Of a DNA stretch of 64,000 nucleotides, positions 9,197 through 17,560 are shown piece by piece. A model generated the notes under the pieces. That model made no database searches. It saw nothing but the letters and a program-made list of their open reading frames with translations, and was not told the origin of the DNA. Each line of letters opens with the position of its first letter. Within the stretch, counting starts at the first letter, position 1. The position numbers and the translations under genes are program-made. Source of the DNA: Nostoc sp. (GTDB taxonomy: Bacteria; Cyanobacteriota; Cyanobacteriia; Cyanobacteriales; Nostocaceae); the NCBI GenBank assembly GCA_036918135.1, contig JBALDB010000047.1:1-64000 (forward strand), read 5' to 3'.

Positions 9197-10834
9197 ATGG
9201 ACTGGATTACGCTACTGCGATCGCTACAGTCTGATTTTATCAAAAGGTTAACATCTGGTTGTCTGCTTCATTGTGAAACAGAAGGTCAATATAGTGAATT
9301 AACTATAATCTCTGGAGAGAGGTTAAAGGCACTACGAGAATTTTGCTGGCAAATGGCTGAGAAATATAAGCGTGTTTTGCCAGTTCGTGATGTTTTCATC
9401 AACTATCTTAAGGGAAAACTTGGTGAGGAAGTTGTCAAGGAACGTTTAGCTGATTTTATTACCGAAGTCGATTACGAACAGCGATTCGGCGGTGACGGTA
9501 AAACAGATTTTACCTTGACTTCTGACCCATCTATTGGTATCGAAGTTAAATCTCGTCACGGTAGTCTTGATAGAGTTAGATGGTCAATTAGTTCTGAAGA
9601 AGTTGAAAAAAATGCAGTTGTAGTTTGTATTTTAATTCAAGAAGATGTCAGCGAGGCACAATCTGAGTATCACCTTTTTTTAGCTGGCTTTCTCCCAACC
9701 CGGATGATTAAGTTAAAAACTGGTAAAATTTCATTTGGGATAGACCAATTACTTTATGGTGGTGGCTTATTTTGCTACTTAGAACAATTACAATCTTCAG
9801 TAAATCATAATTATTCTTCACAACAGCCACCAATTTCTAAATATCCCTCAAAAGAAACACTATCCCAGTCAATTAATAATCATTTGCTGAAATCTTCTTT
9901 TCAACCTAATGTAGAAAGTTTTTTACATTCTCGTGAAGAAGATTTAAATTTACTTTATATAAAATCAGGTGATGAATATTTTGAAAAAGGAGAATATAAA
10001 AATGCAATAGCTAGCTATAATCAAGCTTTGATAATTAACTATAGCGATGCTGATTTGTATTATAAACGAGGTTTAGCTCACTATCAAATAGGTGATTACG
10101 AAGCAGCGATCGCAGATTATTCTCAGGTAATTCAGATAAATATTTATGATGCTAAATCTTACAATAAACGAGGTATAGCTTTATATCAAATAGGACGAAT
10201 AGAAGAAGCAGTTAATGATTATACTCAAGCTATTAGAATTAATCCTAACCTTGCCGTAGCTTATAAAAATCGAGCTGAAGCTCGTTTACATATAGGAGAT
10301 AACCAAGGAGCAATTGAAGATTATACCCAAGCTATTAAAATTAATCCAGATTATGCTGATGCCTATAAAAATCGTGGTATTACTCGTTATTTACTAGGAA
10401 CTCCACCAGGATTTTCCCAAGCAATTAAAATTAATCCTCAAGATGCCGTAGCTTATAAAAATCGCGGTAACGCTCGTTCCGATTTAGGAGATTTTCAGGG
10501 AGCAATTGAAGATTACACCCAGGCTATCCAGATTAATCCTAATTATGCAGATGCTTATTATAACCGTGGTAATGCTCGTTCTGACTTAGGAGATTTAGAG
10601 GGAGCAATTGAAGATTATACCCAGGCTATCCAGATTAATTCTAATTATGCAGATGCTTATTATAATCGGGGCAATATTTGTTTACAAATATTAGAAAAAC
10701 AGAGAGCAATTGAAGATTTTCAAAAAGCAGCAGATATCTATTCCAAAGAAGGTAAACTAGAAGCCCTCAAAGATACAAAACAAAAAATATTAGATTTAGA
10801 AATAGAAGAATCATTAGATATTTTAAACTTCTAA
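9197..10834 (+). CDS. TPR-repeat protein with N-terminal PD-(D/E)XK-like domain
   Basis: About 8 TPRs (AYYNRGNARSDLGD..GAIEDYTQAI); N-terminal GKLGEEVV...DFTL...IEVKSR. Confidence 0.85.
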   Translation: MDWITLLRSLQSDFIKRLTSGCLLHCETEGQYSELTIISGERLKALREFCWQMAEKYKRVLPVRDVFINYLKGKLGEEVVKERLADFITEVDYEQRFGGDGKTDFTLTSDPSIGIEVKSRHGSLDRVRWSISSEEVEKNAVVVCILIQEDVSEAQSEYHLFLAGFLPTRMIKLKTGKISFGIDQLLYGGGLFCYLEQLQSSVNHNYSSQQPPISKYPSKETLSQSINNHLLKSSFQPNVESFLHSREEDLNLLYIKSGDEYFEKGEYKNAIASYNQALIINYSDADLYYKRGLAHYQIGDYEAAIADYSQVIQINIYDAKSYNKRGIALYQIGRIEEAVNDYTQAIRINPNLAVAYKNRAEARLHIGDNQGAIEDYTQAIKINPDYADAYKNRGITRYLLGTPPGFSQAIKINPQDAVAYKNRGNARSDLGDFQGAIEDYTQAIQINPNYADAYYNRGNARSDLGDLEGAIEDYTQAIQINSNYADAYYNRGNICLQILEKQRAIEDFQKAADIYSKEGKLEALKDTKQKILDLEIEESLDILNF

Positions 10835-10856
10835 TTCTTTAATAAGTAAAAAGGAC

Positions 10857-11052
10857 TATAGGAGTCGTAAATGATTTATGAAAAAATCTAAGTATCTGTA
10901 GGGTGTGTTATAACGTAGCCTAACGCGTCTAAATTGTCAACTGGTGCGTTAGCTTTTGGCGTAACGCGACGCCAGTTTACTCAAGTCGGGAGACCCGCCC
11001 ACGCAACTGGCTCCCCTACGTGTATTTCACCAAATCAAATATGAGTCCTATA
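10857..11052. mobile_element. MITE containing REP-like hairpins and a nested small dispersed repeat
   Basis: Terminal IRs tataggagtcgtaaatgattt / aaatcaaatatgagtcctata; internal gtagggtgtgtta...ccctac; nested gccagt...actggc. Confidence 0.75.
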
Positions 11053-11153
11053 TAGTACGTAAGTAAATCTTAGGTAGGTGTATTATAAGCTGACATTTAT
11101 GTTTTTTGTGATAAATACTCTATAAATATGCGCTTAATATATCTTACAGTTTT

Positions 11154-11185
11154 AGATAATTATTATTCATTGATATAGATTATCG
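11154..11185. promoter_or_regulatory. Two tandem Zur/Fur-like boxes upstream of the metal ATPase
   Basis: agataattattattc and tgatatagattatcg, each 11/14 to TGATAATnATTATCA; the region is AT-rich. Confidence 0.35.
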
Positions 11186-11274
11186 TTCTTAAAATCTTAG
11201 GTTGTAAAAACTTATTTTTTTTATTACCTTTAAATAAAGGTTCTATATCAAATAACTTACTAGTTTCAATAAAA

Positions 11275-13257
11275 ATGAAGCAGAAAATACATTCCCAATC
11301 TTCAGGTTGTTGCAGTTGCGAACACGAGCATCACGAGAATCATAACCATCATCATGATGAGAATCATAACCATGACCATAATCATCACCACGGTGAAGAA
11401 TTCAATCTCAAAAATGAGTTATTTCCTTTAGTAGTGATTTTAAGTTTGTATGCACCTGGTGTGATTTTTGAAGAAAAGTTACATAATACTCTCTATTCAA
11501 TAGGCGAATATTTAGTTTTCATTCCTGCTTATTTATTAAGTGGATGGAGTGTTTTAAAAACTGCTGGACGGAATATACTCAGAGGCAGAATATTTGATGA
11601 AACATTTTTAATGGCAGTAGCGACACTAGGGGCGATCGCAATTCATAAATTACCCGAAGCTGTTGGAGTTATGCTATTTTATAAAATTGGGGAATTGTTC
11701 CAAGATATTGCTGTCAGTCGTTCCCGTAATTCTATTAAAGCTTTATTAGAAGTACGCCCAGACTATGCAAATATCCAGACAGAAAAAGGACTCAAAAAAG
11801 TATCACCAGAGACAGTTAATATTGGTGATATTATTCTTGTAAAACCTGGAGAAAAGATTCCCTTAGATGGCGAAATTATCGAAGGTAATTCCCAAGTTGA
11901 TACATCTGCATTAACTGGTGAATCTGTACCGCGAACGGTGAAGCTAGGAGAAACAGTTTTAGCTGGGACAATTAATAAAATAGGTGTTCTCAGCATTAAA
12001 GTCACAAAACTTTTTGATGAATCTTCCATTGCTAAGATTTTAGACTTAGTGCAAAATGCTAAAAGCAAAAAAGCAGAAACAGAGAAATTTATTACTAAGT
12101 TTGCTCGATATTACACGCCAATAGTAGTTTTTACATCTTTAGCAGTTGCTTTATTACCTCCTTTATTCATTTCTGGTGCAACTTCTTCAGAATGGATTTA
12201 TCGCGCCCTGATTTTATTAGTTATTTCCTGTCCATGTGGGCTAGTTATTAGTATTCCATTAGGTTACTTCGGAGGTGTAGGTAGTGCAGCTAAACGTGGA
12301 ATTTTGGTGAAAGGCTCTACCTTTTTAGATAGTCTGAATGCAGTAAAAACAGTTGTTTTTGATAAAACAGGGACGTTAACTAAAGGAGTATTTAAAGTAG
12401 CAAATATAGTACCAGTAAATGGCTTTAATGAACAAGAATTACTAAAATTAGCTGCTAAGGTAGAATCACATTCAAATCATCCGATTGCCCAATCTATCCG
12501 CAATGCTTACGGTAGAAAAATCGATGCATCTGATGTGAGAGATTATGAAGAGATAGCAGGTTATGGAATTAGAGCCAAAGTTGAAAATAGGGTGGTAACA
12601 GCAGGAAGCGATCGCCTATTGCATAAAGAAAACATTGCTCATGAGAATTGCCTCGTAGAAGGAACAGTTATTCATTTAGCAGTAGATGATATTTACGCTG
12701 GATATATAATAATTGCTGATGAAGTCAAAGAAGATGCGAAACAGGCAATTCAAACACTCAAAAAGATGGGTGTAGAGAAAACAGTAATGTTGACAGGAGA
12801 TAATCAAGCAATCGCCTCTCAAATTGCTCAAGAAATTGGTATTGATATTTACGAAGCAGAGTTATTACCTGAAGAAAAAGTTAATGCTATTGAAAAATTC
12901 CTCAGCACCGCTGACAAACATAGTAAAGTAGCCTTTATTGGCGATGGTATTAATGATGCACCAGTAATTGCCAGAGCAGATGTTGGCATGGCAATGGGCG
13001 GCTTGGGTTCAGATGCAGCTATAGAAACTGCCGATATTGTCATCATGACAGATGCACCGTCAAAAGTAGCAGAAGCAATCCAAATTGCGAGAAAAACCCG
13101 CACAATTGTTTGGCAAAATATTGGGTTTGCTTTAGCAATTAAAGCTGTATTTATTGGATTGGGTATTTTCGGGGTAGCGACAATGTGGGAAGCTGTCTTT
13201 GCAGATGTTGGGGTAGCAATGCTGGCAATTTTAAACGCAACTAGAGCAATCAAATAA
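11275..13257 (+). CDS. P1B-2 heavy-metal (Zn/Cd/Pb) translocating P-type ATPase with His-rich N-terminus (ZntA/CadA/ZiaA-like)
   Basis: TGES, SCPC, DKTGT, HP and GDGINDAP motifs; CCSC plus poly-His N-terminus. Confidence 0.93.
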   Translation: MKQKIHSQSSGCCSCEHEHHENHNHHHDENHNHDHNHHHGEEFNLKNELFPLVVILSLYAPGVIFEEKLHNTLYSIGEYLVFIPAYLLSGWSVLKTAGRNILRGRIFDETFLMAVATLGAIAIHKLPEAVGVMLFYKIGELFQDIAVSRSRNSIKALLEVRPDYANIQTEKGLKKVSPETVNIGDIILVKPGEKIPLDGEIIEGNSQVDTSALTGESVPRTVKLGETVLAGTINKIGVLSIKVTKLFDESSIAKILDLVQNAKSKKAETEKFITKFARYYTPIVVFTSLAVALLPPLFISGATSSEWIYRALILLVISCPCGLVISIPLGYFGGVGSAAKRGILVKGSTFLDSLNAVKTVVFDKTGTLTKGVFKVANIVPVNGFNEQELLKLAAKVESHSNHPIAQSIRNAYGRKIDASDVRDYEEIAGYGIRAKVENRVVTAGSDRLLHKENIAHENCLVEGTVIHLAVDDIYAGYIIIADEVKEDAKQAIQTLKKMGVEKTVMLTGDNQAIASQIAQEIGIDIYEAELLPEEKVNAIEKFLSTADKHSKVAFIGDGINDAPVIARADVGMAMGGLGSDAAIETADIVIMTDAPSKVAEAIQIARKTRTIVWQNIGFALAIKAVFIGLGIFGVATMWEAVFADVGVAMLAILNATRAIK

Positions 13258-13362
13258 AGTTTTGATAAAATCGGGAATCTGTAATTGGGAAATTGTAGTA
13301 GTTAAAACTGAAAAAGAATAATCTAAACAACCATTCCCAATCTTATTTCTTCGAGGTACACC

Positions 13363-14043
13363 GTGAAATCATATATTAAAAGTATTGCGACAACTGCGTT
13401 AATTTTGCTACTAACTTACTCACCAAAACAAGCAGTTGCACTCCCCCATAAAATTGAGCATTCAGTTACTATCGCTAAATCGCAACCATTAATAGACACC
13501 TTGATTGTTCCCGGTCAAAGAGTAGGGCCGATAACACGCACAACCACCAAACAGGATTTAGTTAAGCTGTTTGGCGCGTCTCGTCTTGTCGATAAAACCA
13601 TTTCCGGGGCTGAAGGAATCGGTAGTTTTGCGGCTACTCAATTAAAATTAGACCGAGGGCGATCGCTCTTGGTAGTCTGGAGTGATAATACCCGCACCAA
13701 ACCTCTAGATGTGCGTAACTTGGGTTCAGCTTGGAAAACTCGTGAAGGTATCGGCGTAGGAACCCCCTTGAGTGAGTTACGCCAGAAATTAGGTAACTTT
13801 AAACTCTATGGATTGGCGTGGGATTACGGCGGTACAATTTTATTGGATAGTAGTAAATTATCTCGCTATCAAGGCAAACTTATTTTACGAGTAGACGCTG
13901 CTGCTAATGCTTATGAAAAGTATCCTAATCATTACCAAGCAGTATCTGGGGATGGTACTTTTTCCTCCAGCAATCCCCACTGGAAACCTTTGGGAATTAA
14001 GCTAGCAGAAATTATTGTTGTATTGAATCCAAGTCAGGAATAA
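13363..14043 (+). CDS. Secreted hypothetical protein
   Basis: Signal peptide ending AVA; 226-aa ORF; gagg RBS before the GTG start. Confidence 0.75.
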   Translation: MKSYIKSIATTALILLLTYSPKQAVALPHKIEHSVTIAKSQPLIDTLIVPGQRVGPITRTTTKQDLVKLFGASRLVDKTISGAEGIGSFAATQLKLDRGRSLLVVWSDNTRTKPLDVRNLGSAWKTREGIGVGTPLSELRQKLGNFKLYGLAWDYGGTILLDSSKLSRYQGKLILRVDAAANAYEKYPNHYQAVSGDGTFSSSNPHWKPLGIKLAEIIVVLNPSQE

Positions 14044-14269
14044 TCGGCTGCTCAACATCTAATTTACTAGTTTAGGCAACAGCGGACTGTCTAGACCAAT
14101 TTTTATACTAGGTCTGGAAGTGGTAAATTACTTTTAGAATAAACTGCATAAGTTACATTTAGCGTCAGAATGATGTTTCAGTTGAAAGAGAAGGCGATCG
14201 CTCAGATTGCTATATCGACATTCTGGATACTCCTGTTGAGTAAAAATTATTCATTAAAAAAGTAATTCA

Positions 14270-15256
14270 ATGTCCGCTGAGCAGTACTTAGAGCAGAAAT
14301 GCCAAGCATTACAACAGCAGTATGATTTACTGATAGAGAAGCAAAGTAGACTACGGCGTGATTTTGCGATTGCAGCAGATACTCTCATCCGCTTCCAATT
14401 AGAAAAGCAAATCGAACAAACTGAAGCTGAATTGAACGAATTAGTTCAGCAGCTTGACGATCTAGAACGAGCTTTATCTAGTGGAAAAGTGTATCGTGCT
14501 TTGTTGAAATTGGGCTATCGAGAGCAAACACGAGTATTTCGGAAATTTATTGAGACTCAATCAGTAGCAGCCTTTCTAATCTACGGTTCGCTTTACTATG
14601 GTCAACGCTGGTTGTTGAATCGGTTAGTGGTACAAAATGTTCCCAATATCATCACCGGAAAGGTTGTACGAATTGAACTCAGTCGCATTGCTCGCAGGAG
14701 CGACAGTGCTGCTTTGTGGCGCGAACTTGCTGCCAGAGTCGGTCTGGAGAGGCAAAGTTCAATTCCTGAAATTGCTGAACGAGTTTATCAATGGTGGCGA
14801 ACTCAAAATGTGGTATTAATTTTGTACGATGTAGATTGCCTTTCGGAAACTTTTTTACGCGAGCTGATCCAAGATTTTTGGTTAGTATTAGCGACTAAAG
14901 TTAAGACGGCTAGCCTGCAAGCGAGTCAATTCAAATTATTAATGTTCCTGGTAGATTATGATGGCTGCGTAGGTAGTTGGAATATTCCTTTTGTAGAAAA
15001 GCTCGACCCTACCTGGAAGCCAGATAACCCTGTAAAACTGCCTGAGATTAACCAATTTTCTGACGATGAACTGACTAACTGGCTAGAGTATGCAGCAGAC
15101 GAATTGCCAACTAAACTAATAGATCGGTTAGATGAAACAGTACAAACAATACTGAAAAACAGTGATAATGGCATTCCAGAACCCGCACTAGGCGAAATTT
15201 GTCACATGTCTGGCTGTAATTGGTATGACGAAGAGGAAAAATGGTTAAGGCTGTAG
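14270..15256 (+). CDS. iSTAND-like (inactive STAND) protein with N-terminal coiled-coil effector-associated-domain-like segment
   Basis: Degenerate P-loop region (AFLIYGSLYYGQRWLLNRL) and Walker-B-like VVLILYDVD; first gene of a MoxR-vWA operon; N-terminal QQQYDLL..KQSRLRRDFAIAAD..IRFQLEKQIEQ..AEL. Confidence 0.7.
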   Translation: MSAEQYLEQKCQALQQQYDLLIEKQSRLRRDFAIAADTLIRFQLEKQIEQTEAELNELVQQLDDLERALSSGKVYRALLKLGYREQTRVFRKFIETQSVAAFLIYGSLYYGQRWLLNRLVVQNVPNIITGKVVRIELSRIARRSDSAALWRELAARVGLERQSSIPEIAERVYQWWRTQNVVLILYDVDCLSETFLRELIQDFWLVLATKVKTASLQASQFKLLMFLVDYDGCVGSWNIPFVEKLDPTWKPDNPVKLPEINQFSDDELTNWLEYAADELPTKLIDRLDETVQTILKNSDNGIPEPALGEICHMSGCNWYDEEEKWLRL

Positions 15257-16176
15257 GTGGAAAACTCTTGGAATATACAGGTAAAGTGCAGCCCCAGCTA
15301 GGAGAAAGGGGAACGAACGGACAGCTGTTGTATCCCTATTTGCCTAATCCTGAATTGATAGAAGCAGTCAACTTAGCAATTTACTTAGAACGTCCCTTAC
15401 TGCTTAAAGGTGAACCGGGATGCGGTAAGACTCAACTTGCAAGTGCAGTTGCCTACGAGCTAGGTTTGAACTTGGAAACTTGGTATATTAAATCCACTAG
15501 CCGGGCAAAGGATGGGTTGTATAACTACGATGCCGTTGGACGTTTGCGCGATGCCCAGCTAGCTGCTTCTACTCGCCTGAGAGCAGAACAAATCCAGCGA
15601 ATTGATGACCCAACTACCTATGTACGCTGGGGGCCACTAGGACGGGCATTTCAGCAAGAAAACCGCACTGTCGTACTGATTGATGAAATTGATAAAGCTG
15701 ACATTGACTTTCCCAACGACCTGCTGCTGGAATTAGATGAGCGACGGTTTATTGTCGAGGAAACAGGTCAGGAAATACAAGCAAAGGCAGCACCAATTGT
15801 TTTGATTACCAGTAATGACGAGAAAGATTTGCCTGATGCTTTCTTGCGAAGGTGCTTGTTTCACTATGTTGAATTTCCTAGTCGTGAGCGGTTGATACAG
15901 ATTGTTAACGTTCTGTTTCCTGCTTCACCCCAAGCTTTGGTGGATAAAGCCATAGTTCGCTTCCTACTGCTGCGGGAAGAAATGCGAAAAGATAAAGGGG
16001 ATGGTGGCAAAAAAGTCAGTACTAGTGAATTAATTGACTGGTTTCGCGTTCTGCGTCGTTATCCTCAAGATGAGGCTCTGGCAAAACTGGATGGTAAGAT
16101 CCCTTATGGTGGTGTGTTGCTCAAAAGTTGGGATGACCATATCCGTTACTTGAGACAGAGCCGTGGAAGTGAATGA
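15241..16176 (+). CDS. MoxR-family AAA+ ATPase
   Basis: PLLLKGEPGCGKT, VLIDEIDKADIDFPNDLL, ITSNDEKDLPDAFLRRC. Confidence 0.95.
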   Translation: MVKAVGGKLLEYTGKVQPQLGERGTNGQLLYPYLPNPELIEAVNLAIYLERPLLLKGEPGCGKTQLASAVAYELGLNLETWYIKSTSRAKDGLYNYDAVGRLRDAQLAASTRLRAEQIQRIDDPTTYVRWGPLGRAFQQENRTVVLIDEIDKADIDFPNDLLLELDERRFIVEETGQEIQAKAAPIVLITSNDEKDLPDAFLRRCLFHYVEFPSRERLIQIVNVLFPASPQALVDKAIVRFLLLREEMRKDKGDGGKKVSTSELIDWFRVLRRYPQDEALAKLDGKIPYGGVLLKSWDDHIRYLRQSRGSE

Positions 16177-17560
16177 TTTGCCTCTACTGGAACTTTTTAC
16201 TAAACTGCGTGAAGCTGGGCTGCCACTTGGCATAGAGGAGTATCAGTTAGTATTGCAAGCCATGCAAGCTGGTTTTGGGATTAATGACCAAGCTGCTTTG
16301 AAGCGTCTGTGTCGGACTTTGTGGGTTAAATCGGCTGAGGAGTTGCGATTATTTGAATATCACTTTGAACAATTGATAAGTATTAATAATATCTTGCCAA
16401 CGTCAGAAAAAGTTGTTAGATATTCTGGACAGCATCAATTATCTTTAATTACTCGCTACTTGATTTTGGGGTTTGTTGGAGTAGGAATTGTCTTGGGTGT
16501 TGGACTAACTTTAAAACAGCGAACTCAGACAGCACAGCAAACTCAGACAGTACAGCCAACAGCACAGCCAACAGTACAGCCAACAGTACAGCCAACAGCA
16601 CGGCCAACTGCACAACCAAAAGACACAAACCAGCCAGATTTAATTTTTTGGAGTTTGCTATTAGTTATAAACTTGAGTGCTGGATCTGGATATATATTTT
16701 TCAGGTGGATATTTAAGCGGAGGTTTGAACAACGTATTAATCGGAATGCCTCCCTTGCTAAAGCAACTCCCAGTTCGGTTGCTTCCCCTATTCCTACAAA
16801 ATTGACACAAACAATAAAAGATGAGGTACAAGTAGCTCAAGTAGTGCTGCAAGCTACCAGCACAAGTGAGGAAATTCTCTACAATCGTTTCATCTTGAGC
16901 GCTGGATATCTTCCTGTAACCGAACGGCAAATGAAGCAGATTTGGCGCTACTTGCGCCGTCCAGTACGTGAGGGACAACGTACAGAGTTGGACGTGGAAA
17001 CAACAGTCAAACAGATTGGACATCAAGGTATATTGCTCGAACCTGTTTTGCTACCGCGTCGAGTGAACCGAGCGGAACTACTGTTACTAATTGACCACGA
17101 TGGTTCAATGGTGCCTTTTCATGACATGTCATATCGTTTGGCAAGAACTTCCTGGCGCGGAGGTCGTTTAGGCAGATCTGGAATTTACTATTTTCACAAT
17201 TGCCCCACTGAATATCTTTACCACGATCGCAATTATCAAGAAGCAGAGTTAGTCAGTGATATCATCACTCACAGTTGCTCTAACCGAACAGCTGTATTAA
17301 TTTATAGTGATGCTGGCGCTGCCCGTGGCGGCTATAGCGAGGAACGTTACGAATTAACTAAAAAATTTCTTGCCCAGTTGAAACAAAAGGTGCGTCACAT
17401 TGCTTGGCTCAATCCCATGCCAAAAAAGCGCTGGCTTGGGACAACATCTGGAGAAATTGCCCGCCTTGTGCCAATGTTTGAAGTCAATCGTCGGGGTTTA
17501 CAGGATGCTGTAAATGTGCTGCGTGGACGTACTACGAACTTTCAGGGGCAGAGAAAATGA
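16163..17560 (+). CDS. MoxR-associated vWA (CoxE-like) protein with inserted TM-(QPT)n-TM segment
   Basis: LLLLIDHDGSMVPF, YYFHNCP, IYSDAGAARG, AWLNPMP; two hydrophobic helices flanking QPTV/QPTA repeats. Confidence 0.88.
   Translation: MEVNDLPLLELFTKLREAGLPLGIEEYQLVLQAMQAGFGINDQAALKRLCRTLWVKSAEELRLFEYHFEQLISINNILPTSEKVVRYSGQHQLSLITRYLILGFVGVGIVLGVGLTLKQRTQTAQQTQTVQPTAQPTVQPTVQPTARPTAQPKDTNQPDLIFWSLLLVINLSAGSGYIFFRWIFKRRFEQRINRNASLAKATPSSVASPIPTKLTQTIKDEVQVAQVVLQATSTSEEILYNRFILSAGYLPVTERQMKQIWRYLRRPVREGQRTELDVETTVKQIGHQGILLEPVLLPRRVNRAELLLLIDHDGSMVPFHDMSYRLARTSWRGGRLGRSGIYYFHNCPTEYLYHDRNYQEAELVSDIITHSCSNRTAVLIYSDAGAARGGYSEERYELTKKFLAQLKQKVRHIAWLNPMPKKRWLGTTSGEIARLVPMFEVNRRGLQDAVNVLRGRTTNFQGQRK
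16551..16618 (+). repeat. 12-bp tandem repeat (acagccaacagy) encoding a QPT(A/V) linker
   Basis: acagccaacagc-acagccaacagt-acagccaacagt-acagccaacagc-acggccaactgc. Confidence 0.9.
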
